A stretch of 64,000 nt of DNA from a virus: the UHGV virus genome UHGV-1351772, one strand, 5' to 3'. Every line of letters begins with the position of its first letter. Position 1 is the stretch's first letter. Shown in pieces: positions 56,604 through 64,000 of the stretch. The position numbers and the translations under genes were made by a program. The notes under the pieces are model-generated. The model had not been told where the DNA came from, searched no databases, and was given only the letters and a program-made list of their open reading frames with translations.

Positions 56604-58274
56604 TTAATCAATCAATTTATTGAACTTCCCACCTTTCACAAGTGGGTTGGACTTGGCACGCTTCAACACCGTTGCCATAGACCCTGCGGCCTTGCACCAC
56701 ATGTTAATCATGTTTGCACTGTGCGCAACAGAATCCCAGACATTGCGGTCAGGGTTTAACACCATCATCGTGGTCAGCTCACGACCGTGAAGGTTAAAGT
56801 TTTCCCCTCGCGTCACTTGGTCTTTAAACGCCTGTTCCATCGCCTGCCATTTCTGACTGTCGACGCCAGAACGTGATTGGCGTGCCATCTCTTTCAAGGT
56901 TTTTACAACCTGATCGACACGTTTCTCCAACACCTTATACTTGTCTAGCGCAGTATTCGCTACGCCATCAGAGATACCACTACGTGCCAGTGTAATCAGA
57001 CATGCCAACAGCTCACGGTAATCCCCGTTACTTAAGCTCAACTCCTGGCGCATCATCTCCAGGTTTGTTGTGGAGCCAAAGAAAGAGTTAGCACCGATTG
57101 ATGCAATCATCCAACCGTTGTCTAATTCACGTGTGGTATAACCGAGAAGCTCAACCTTGTCTTTTACACGCAAAATTGGACCAGGACTACCTTTCTGTCG
57201 TCCAAATTCCGTGGCAGTATATTCAATTCGGCCATTGATCTCGCCTAACGCACGAACCAGATGCACAGCGGCGACTTGGTTCTCTTGCGATGTGCCTACC
57301 TTCGGATTATTCGACAGGTAATACGTTTTGATGTCTTTCAGCGACTGGTCTAAGTCCTGAAGCGCACCGGCAAAACTGTCAAGAATCGTGCTCATTAAGT
57401 TGAACTGAATATCTGACGGAATGTTCACCCCAGCACGTTTCACATCAGGCGGCAAACCGTTATAGACTTCCTCAGCAACCCCGAAGTCAAATACACCGTA
57501 ACCGATGTTCGTCCGAAGCAGCGTATCGAGCAGATCCTGAATAACCTGCAGCTCATTCTGCCGACGTTTAAGATGGTTCTTAAACGTATCGATAAACGGT
57601 GATTTACCTAACGCAGCGGCGAGTTTATTTAGAAACTCTTCAGCTTCCATGTTCACGAAAACGTCGTCAGCCAGCGAAAGAGATAACTCCAGGTTGCTTA
57701 ACTCGCTGTCTTTCAAACCTTTTGACAGTACCAGATAAACTTCTTTCAGTACGGTTGTTTTCAGGCGCTCTGTGAAAGGAACATCGGCCAACTTCTCTTC
57801 CAGTTTCTCGCGATAGTCGTTCCCGTCAATGTTCGCAGCACCTGCAAAAGGAACGGCGTTGCTGATAATCCAACTGAGGATTTTCATTATCCCCATCATC
57901 ACCATCACGATGAGGCTAATCTTACCAAAATTAGCGTAAGACTCTAATGCCACCACCGTTTCTTTCTGGTGTGTTTTGGAATAATTCGACGTCAGGACAC
58001 TTTGTACAGCCTTTGGGATCGTACCAGGACGCAACGATTCAGTCGCTACAGCAACATCACGGTTCAACCCTGCTTTACGTATTTCCCGTAAGATCGCTTC
58101 AATCTGCGCGATAAGGCGAGAGCCGTAAATCAGGTCTGCTTCATTACGTTGCATGTAGAGATTGAGTTGGCTAACAGAATCGATGCGTTCTTCCATGCGC
58201 TGTTCTAACAGTGCAGGAAGTTCATCGAGTTTCCATTGCGGTTGCGCAATGTTTGCTGTCATCTCCATACTCAT
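56604..58274 (-). CDS. membrane-associated hypothetical protein
   Basis: Internal ATG 58274 (ATGA overlap with upstream stop); hydrophobic segment ISLIVMVMMGIMKILSWIISNAVPFAGAA. Confidence 0.4.
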   Translation of the reverse strand: MSMEMTANIAQPQWKLDELPALLEQRMEERIDSVSQLNLYMQRNEADLIYGSRLIAQIEAILREIRKAGLNRDVAVATESLRPGTIPKAVQSVLTSNYSKTHQKETVVALESYANFGKISLIVMVMMGIMKILSWIISNAVPFAGAANIDGNDYREKLEEKLADVPFTERLKTTVLKEVYLVLSKGLKDSELSNLELSLSLADDVFVNMEAEEFLNKLAAALGKSPFIDTFKNHLKRRQNELQVIQDLLDTLLRTNIGYGVFDFGVAEEVYNGLPPDVKRAGVNIPSDIQFNLMSTILDSFAGALQDLDQSLKDIKTYYLSNNPKVGTSQENQVAAVHLVRALGEINGRIEYTATEFGRQKGSPGPILRVKDKVELLGYTTRELDNGWMIASIGANSFFGSTTNLEMMRQELSLSNGDYRELLACLITLARSGISDGVANTALDKYKVLEKRVDQVVKTLKEMARQSRSGVDSQKWQAMEQAFKDQVTRGENFNLHGRELTTMMVLNPDRNVWDSVAHSANMINMWCKAAGSMATVLKRAKSNPLVKGGKFNKLID

Positions 58275-58714
58275 ACCAGCTCGCCTCGCGTTTCTTCCAT
58301 ATAGAATTTCACCGTTTCCATGAAACGTTCCAGCCACAGATTAACGGTATCCCATACATCGTCGCCCAAGGCTTCATTGAAAATCTCACGGACAGAGAAG
58401 TTTTCAATAGCGCGACGGCCGCCCCAAGCGCTATCGTAGCGGTTACAAAACAGTGCCACTGTCAAATCTTCAATACTGCCCAGATCGACACAATAAAGCT
58501 CGTTTACGTCCGAAACAACATTTTTCATCAGCGGGCGAAGCTTTAGCTGCGACACTTCATTCGACCCAAACGGGCCATTATCGGGCATATCGGTATTATA
58601 AGCCAAAGCGAATGCGACCAGGCCAGTCAGCGCGCGTTGTGCCTGTACACCTTTACCCTCGTTCGTACGTTTAAAGTCCAGAACCAGGGAATTTAAAGAA
58701 ACTTTATGCGTCAT
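58271..58714 (-). CDS. hypothetical protein
   Basis: ORF track. Confidence 0.4.
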   Translation of the reverse strand: MTHKVSLNSLVLDFKRTNEGKGVQAQRALTGLVAFALAYNTDMPDNGPFGSNEVSQLKLRPLMKNVVSDVNELYCVDLGSIEDLTVALFCNRYDSAWGGRRAIENFSVREIFNEALGDDVWDTVNLWLERFMETVKFYMEETRGELV

Positions 58715-58728
58715 GATTTTACCTTTAC

Positions 58729-60063
58729 TTATTCGACATTAAACATGGCTGAAGCAATACGAAGATCGTTCGACATATACTTCCCAATCGCACGCTGGTA
58801 ATCAACTGCAGCACGTGAGCGACGACCCTTCGGCGTTAAAGTATTCCAGATAAACTGATACAAGTTATCTTTATCTTTTACGGTTTCTAATAACTTGTCG
58901 ATAACCGCAATACCATCTAAAATACGTTTACGTTGCTCGTTAGCCGCCTTCGTATTTTTGTCTTTAATCGTATTGAGTTCTTCAACGAGTGTACGTCGCA
59001 TTGCCTCAAAACGCTGCTGCGGCGGATCGTAAATGGTGTTATCCGGGTCATTTAAGATCATTCCGAACGTCACGGAAATCACTGGAATAATTGGAATCGT
59101 AGAAGAGACTATTAACGCGGTCACGCGGAAAAGTTCTACTGTCAAATGGACACCCATGTTCATATACGCTGAGTTCCGCAGCAAATAGAACGAACTGGTT
59201 TCCATTTTATACAGTGCAGAGGCCAGATAAGGAGCGCCTCCGAAACGGGAAGCAAAATCATCCGCAGCACGTTCCCACGTCCTGTTAGCAAAGCCTTGAC
59301 TACCGCTAATGAACGGACGATCTAATAACAGCTGTGTGACCAAGTGCATGTAGACGTTTTCTTTTTTGTACTCAGTACAAATCGTTTCTGGCTGATTCAC
59401 TTTCGTGTTCAGCATCTTCTCTACGTCTTTAACAATGCGCAAGCGGACAGTTTGGTCTTCTGTTTCCATGATGCGGTTAGCCGCAGCATCTGCCAGCAAA
59501 TCAGTCACCACGGTACGCATTAGCGTACGGAAATAATAATAGATGTGGCCGACTTCATGAAGAATCACCGAGGCGATTTCCAGATCGGTCAGATTTAATT
59601 TTTCCAGCAGCACCGGGGTAAGATAAAGCGGAGAACCCACTTTGCTTAAATCGCCACTGATTTTTGCGCTGCTGTCATCGATTGATGTGTTCAGTTCGTT
59701 TTCTTTGATGAACTTACTGTACATATCCAGGTCTTTGTTACCTGCGTACAGTGCGCGAGTCATCGATGCAATGATTGGACTGTTTGCATCCAATTTCGGT
59801 GGTTCTACGCCTGCAAAAGCAACGTCAACAAGACCCAGTTCGCTACCGTTCTTAAAGTGAATCGTAATGCCGATATTCTTAAATACCCAATCCGAAACCC
59901 CGGCACTTTCGTAGCCAGCAGGACTGAAATCGCCTGCTCCACGAAACTTAGCAATAATATCAGCCAATTCTGCCAGCTTCTTTTTGTCTTGGAATTTAAT
60001 CGATTCTGCGGCTACAACCTTTGCATCCGCAACTGATGCAATGTGATTTTGCCAATATCCCAT
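58729..60063 (-). CDS. putative zinc metallopeptidase (HExxH) with C-terminal hydrophobic segment
   Basis: ASVILHEVGHIYYYF motif; ATG 60063 with AAGGAAA RBS preferred over track start 60096; single-motif call. Confidence 0.35.
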   Translation of the reverse strand: MGYWQNHIASVADAKVVAAESIKFQDKKKLAELADIIAKFRGAGDFSPAGYESAGVSDWVFKNIGITIHFKNGSELGLVDVAFAGVEPPKLDANSPIIASMTRALYAGNKDLDMYSKFIKENELNTSIDDSSAKISGDLSKVGSPLYLTPVLLEKLNLTDLEIASVILHEVGHIYYYFRTLMRTVVTDLLADAAANRIMETEDQTVRLRIVKDVEKMLNTKVNQPETICTEYKKENVYMHLVTQLLLDRPFISGSQGFANRTWERAADDFASRFGGAPYLASALYKMETSSFYLLRNSAYMNMGVHLTVELFRVTALIVSSTIPIIPVISVTFGMILNDPDNTIYDPPQQRFEAMRRTLVEELNTIKDKNTKAANEQRKRILDGIAVIDKLLETVKDKDNLYQFIWNTLTPKGRRSRAAVDYQRAIGKYMSNDLRIASAMFNVE

Positions 60064-60134
60064 TTGTGTTTCCTTTTGAGAAATTACATTACCCACAAAT
60101 CAGTATAGCAGCCGCTAGATTTGAGAGTGAAATC

Positions 60135-61916
60135 ATGAATAACTATTACGCACCGGAAGACGTTATTGCCAAGGAGTGCAAGTTTGTTTCTTACGCAACC
60201 GATCAGCAGAAAGAAAACGACTTCGTGCTCATAAAGGAGGTCGTCCATACTAAAGATGGCAGATATATCCCACGAATTGTCATGCGTGAAAATCTGAAAC
60301 GGCCCATCTACATTACTTTACCACAACATCGTAACCACAAGGAAAAGAAAGAATACGAAGAACGTAGTAAGTGCCAGGAATATTTAACAACGGACGTAAT
60401 GATGTCCTCAACCATACAGATGGGTCTGGGGATTCGTTTTCCCGATAAAAAGAAACCACTCCGTCAGGTTTGTACTTCACCGTATGTTTACTGGGCTGAT
60501 TTGCCCATTACTAGCTGGATTAAAGAAAAGTACATACGTAAATGGCCTAATGCTGTTTCACCTAACCGCATCTGTGTATACGACGTGGAAACTCGAGAAG
60601 AAGACAAGTCTCGAGACCCCTGGATTATGAGTTTTGTTTTAGACGACGAAATTCATTTCTTTGCTACGAAAGACTACGTCACCCGTTGCGGACGTGAAAA
60701 CTTTGAAGCGCGACTCGTCAAACGTGCTCAAGAATTGCTTTCTAAAATCGCTTTTCGTGGAAAAGACGAGAACGACAACCCTATCGTTAAATACAAAAAC
60801 GTTATCGACGGTTACAAAATCTTCGTTTACGAATGTCTCAATTCGGGTTGTTGTATTCAACGGATGTTTGAGGAAATTCACCCTCGTCTCCCTGACTTAC
60901 TCGTCGCATGGAACCACGAGTTCGATATTTCACGTATGTTAGAAGCTTTAGAAGCAGCGGGCATTCCACCGGAAGACGTCTTCTGTCATCCAGACGTGCC
61001 GAAACAGTACCGTCGTGTCTACTTTAAGAAAGACGAAGCATCGAAGAAAACGGAATCAAAGTCATTAACAAAAGCGCCTTCGCAACAGTGGCACATTCTT
61101 TATTGTACGGCGTCATTCTACTGTGTAGATGCAATGTGTCTATTCCGTTCATTGCGTGTACACGAGGGACAACGCCCCTCTTACAAACTTAACGCGATAC
61201 TGGAAACCGAGTTGGGTTTAAACAAGTTGGACTTACCAGAACTACCCTACGAGGAAAAGTTGGAATGGCACTTAAAGGCGCAGAAAGATTTCCCGTTAGA
61301 ATACTGCGTTTATAACATCTTCGATAACTTGATGATTGTTCTGCTGGATAAAAAGACGAACGATCTGTCTTCTGCTATTTCAGTTTTGGCGGGTTATTCG
61401 ATGTATGATATTTTCCCTTCTCTACCGAAGCGAATCTGTATTGCATACACGTATTACCTCTATGAACAGGGTCTGGTTATCGGTTGTGTGGGTAGCGCGA
61501 TGCGTAACGATTTCGACAATGAAGTCATTGGGACGGATGGTTGGATTGTTACATTGACTGCGTGTATGAACGCAGAGAATGGGCTACGAAACATCATCAA
61601 GGAAGTTGATGATTTCTACACGGCTTTCCGTGGGCAAACTGCGGATGCTGACTTAACCCAGGCATACCCATCTGCAACGAACATGATGAACCAGTCTCGT
61701 GAAACAACGTTAATCGAGCTATTGAGCATTCACGGTGTTCCTGAAGAGGTGCGGCGTCGTGTCGGTATTAACCTTACTGCGGGGCGTGTCAATGCAATGG
61801 AAATCGCGACAGATTTCTTCCTGTTGCCCGATAAAAACGACGTCTTAGAAGCTTTTCTACGTAGACAAGGAGAAACGATTACCGATCCTTTTGAATATAT
61901 CAAAGCTGCAAAGTAA
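60135..61916 (+). CDS. family-B DNA polymerase, N-terminal portion (3'-5' exonuclease domain through motif A)
   Basis: Exo I ICVYDVETRE, Exo II VAWNHEFDISRML, Exo III YCVYNIFDNLMI, motif A DADLTQAYPSA with T4/RB69-like spacing; motifs B and C absent; ATG 60135 used because track start 60021 overlaps divergent gene. Confidence 0.6.
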   Translation: MNNYYAPEDVIAKECKFVSYATDQQKENDFVLIKEVVHTKDGRYIPRIVMRENLKRPIYITLPQHRNHKEKKEYEERSKCQEYLTTDVMMSSTIQMGLGIRFPDKKKPLRQVCTSPYVYWADLPITSWIKEKYIRKWPNAVSPNRICVYDVETREEDKSRDPWIMSFVLDDEIHFFATKDYVTRCGRENFEARLVKRAQELLSKIAFRGKDENDNPIVKYKNVIDGYKIFVYECLNSGCCIQRMFEEIHPRLPDLLVAWNHEFDISRMLEALEAAGIPPEDVFCHPDVPKQYRRVYFKKDEASKKTESKSLTKAPSQQWHILYCTASFYCVDAMCLFRSLRVHEGQRPSYKLNAILETELGLNKLDLPELPYEEKLEWHLKAQKDFPLEYCVYNIFDNLMIVLLDKKTNDLSSAISVLAGYSMYDIFPSLPKRICIAYTYYLYEQGLVIGCVGSAMRNDFDNEVIGTDGWIVTLTACMNAENGLRNIIKEVDDFYTAFRGQTADADLTQAYPSATNMMNQSRETTLIELLSIHGVPEEVRRRVGINLTAGRVNAMEIATDFFLLPDKNDVLEAFLRRQGETITDPFEYIKAAK

Positions 61917-61929
61917 AAAAAAATAAACG

Positions 61930-61957
61930 TTACCCTACTCCTTCGGGAGTAGGGTAA
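61930..61957. terminator. bidirectional terminator, identical copy of the 56570 hairpin
   Basis: ttaccctactcc ttcg ggagtagggtaa. Confidence 0.7.
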
Positions 61958-61962
61958 TACTT

Positions 61963-62472
61963 TTATGCCGCGTTGAAGCAGTAAGCCAGTAAGTGTTGCA
62001 GCTCTGGATCGGTCACACGTTGTACCAAACGTCCAACGTTGTCACGCTGAGCAAAGTTTGCTTTATCCTGAGAATTTGCGAAACGTACTAACATGTTGAT
62101 AAACACGACGTATGTTTCACGTTCAGCGGAATCGTAAAACCAATCTAAATGGTAGTTCACATTCGGATAGTAGAAGATACCACGTTTGTGTTTAATTGCA
62201 GCTTCAACGAACACGTTGAACGCATCAATGAATGCTTGGCCACGCAGTTCAAATAACGTACGGAACGATTGATGCAGCTTACGGAAAGCGTCGTCAGCTT
62301 CTGGGGTATCTTTCGGTTTATTTTGGCTAATTGCCCCGCCAGCCTCATCGAGCTGAGTAGCAATAAGTCGCACCTGGTACGCATCATCCTGACTGTAAGT
62401 TACCGCATTTTCCTCAGCGCGTCTTACCGCTGATGGGCGTTCATCTTGTGTCGAAATATCTTTAGTTGCCAT
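61963..62472 (-). CDS. hypothetical protein
   Basis: ORF track. Confidence 0.45.
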   Translation of the reverse strand: MATKDISTQDERPSAVRRAEENAVTYSQDDAYQVRLIATQLDEAGGAISQNKPKDTPEADDAFRKLHQSFRTLFELRGQAFIDAFNVFVEAAIKHKRGIFYYPNVNYHLDWFYDSAERETYVVFINMLVRFANSQDKANFAQRDNVGRLVQRVTDPELQHLLAYCFNAA

Positions 62473-62485
62473 TGGCTAATAATCC

Positions 62486-63787
62486 TTACGTAATGTGGAT
62501 CGATGGATTAAATTCGTGTACCACTGTCTCTTTACCGTGCATCGCGGCCATTGCCACGGACATAACGTTAGAGAACGCCGAGGATATATCCGCAGCGATT
62601 GCGCGAGGTTCTTCCCCTTTATTCGCAGACGAACACGCTGTGCAGGTGTCGATGTGGCCATACTGACATAAGATGGGTCGGCGTAACCGCACCACTTTAC
62701 CTAACTGCTGTTTTAAATATTCCTCAGTCAGTGGTGTCAGTTTACCATTAACCATCGCATTCATCCCAACGTAACGTTTTACGTTATCATCGGTAATCAC
62801 AACCGGATACGTTAGTTTCGTTCCACAGTCACCAGGGACGATTCGGTGGTTCTGGAAAATCATCTGGATAATACGTACCTGCTCACCCCCTTTCGCTGTT
62901 TCCGCACCACGAGAGAACGAACCTTCACGGATAGAGTTGAATTTCGCGACCAGGTTTTCCATCCCCGCCTTATCAACTTCAACTAATGCGTTCGGAATGA
63001 GCGTGTAATGGCCCCCTTCCTGAAAAGACGATTCAATACCGTACATCAGCATTAATTTACGTCGACGCATCCGCGATTTCGGCGAGTTATAAAACTCAAT
63101 AGATTGGTCACCCGACAACCACTCTTTATCTAACTCATCCAGCGCTTTTTCAATCTTAACGATAACGGCAGGATCGTCTAACTCGTCTTTGTGCTTCAAC
63201 AGTAACGCATCGCGGATTTTATACGCATCAGGATGCACCGTGAGGCTTCGTAACGTACCTGTTGGTGCAATACCTGACGTGAGCGGTGCGAGCTCGTGTA
63301 AGCCGCTTACAAAGCGCTCAATCATACTCGGTCGAATTGCACCTTCGTTTTCTGGCTCATCGGTTTCATGGTCTAAACAACGACGATGCATCTCTTTGCG
63401 ATATTCCAACGGGTTTTGTGAAATCGCCAGATAAGGTAAGCGTGTACCAAATGCATACCAGATAACAATCCAGTTAAAAACGTATCGTCCTACTGTCGTG
63501 GGAATAGGACCGTCTAAACCGGGATAATCGTCAGGGCGTAGCTCGAACTGTTCTTCAGGGACAAACAGCTCCTGGTCCTTTACACCGTCAGTAATCGGTT
63601 CCCAACTGCCCTTACCGTCTTCTACAGCGTAATAATGCGGTAAGCCGTCGATATACGTTATATCAAACACTTCGGGTTCTTCGCGCCCTGTTGGAAACAC
63701 CGACATGTTAAAAATAGCAATACGCCAAACCAATCGACGCCAAGCTTCTGCTTTACATGCCGCTACTAAGAACTCAAACCTCGTCAT
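62486..63787 (-). CDS. hypothetical protein
   Basis: ATG 63787 with GAGGAGG RBS; track start 63805 is TTG. Confidence 0.45.
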   Translation of the reverse strand: MTRFEFLVAACKAEAWRRLVWRIAIFNMSVFPTGREEPEVFDITYIDGLPHYYAVEDGKGSWEPITDGVKDQELFVPEEQFELRPDDYPGLDGPIPTTVGRYVFNWIVIWYAFGTRLPYLAISQNPLEYRKEMHRRCLDHETDEPENEGAIRPSMIERFVSGLHELAPLTSGIAPTGTLRSLTVHPDAYKIRDALLLKHKDELDDPAVIVKIEKALDELDKEWLSGDQSIEFYNSPKSRMRRRKLMLMYGIESSFQEGGHYTLIPNALVEVDKAGMENLVAKFNSIREGSFSRGAETAKGGEQVRIIQMIFQNHRIVPGDCGTKLTYPVVITDDNVKRYVGMNAMVNGKLTPLTEEYLKQQLGKVVRLRRPILCQYGHIDTCTACSSANKGEEPRAIAADISSAFSNVMSVAMAAMHGKETVVHEFNPSIHIT

Positions 63788-64000
63788 CGTGCTCTGCCTC
63801 CTCAACCTGATAAATCAGCCGTAGGCTTTTTAATGCAGGTTGTAAAACAGTAATGGGTTGTAACCCATCATTATTAAGTTTCTCTAAGTTCGTCGAAAGA
63901 TCGGCATAGGCGTCATCGAAGTCATCGTTATCGATAATCGAAAGCCCTACCGTGTACATCTCGAGCAATTCTGTTTCGCTATAATCCTCGACGTCAAACA
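63774..64000 (-). CDS. acidic hypothetical protein, C-terminal part (gene starts beyond window end)
   Basis: Frame remains open to position 64000; track start 63968 is TTG. Confidence 0.3.
   Translation of the reverse strand, partial: FDVEDYSETELLEMYTVGLSIIDNDDFDDAYADLSTNLEKLNNDGLQPITVLQPALKSLRLIYQVEEAEHDDEV

Overview
This 64 kb window reads as a densely packed segment of a large virulent tailed-phage genome, probably of an enterobacterial host (inference from codon usage and the enzyme set). About 75 protein-coding genes are present, almost all on the minus strand, with four plus-strand islands (24.7-27.4 kb, 35.7-37.2 kb, 52.3-56.6 kb, 60.1-61.9 kb). No rRNA, tRNA, CRISPR array, integrase or transposase was seen. 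Products recognisable from sequence motifs alone are a Dam-type DNA adenine methyltransferase, a dihydrofolate reductase, a thymidylate/dNMP-kinase-like P-loop kinase, a RuvC-like resolvase, three GNAT acetyltransferases, an HslV/proteasome-like hydrolase, a possible HExxH metallopeptidase, the exonuclease-plus-motif-A portion of a family-B DNA polymerase, a lambda-Stf-type tail fibre (partial, at the window start), and a 764-aa highly expressed structural protein that may be a jumbo-phage-type major capsid protein. Most other genes are hypothetical. Intergenic regions carry about 20 rho-independent terminators, many bidirectional with UUCG/GNRA-type tetraloops, and a recurrent ~27 bp promoter-like motif. 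The most unusual locus is 37.3-38.2 kb: a tandem triplication of a small basic ORF (missed by the ORF track) interleaved with conserved multi-hairpin RNA-like elements that show a compensatory base-pair change. All functional calls come from motif recognition by eye, with no database search; coordinates I derived myself (hairpins, motifs, small ORFs, revised starts) may be off by 1-2 nt.
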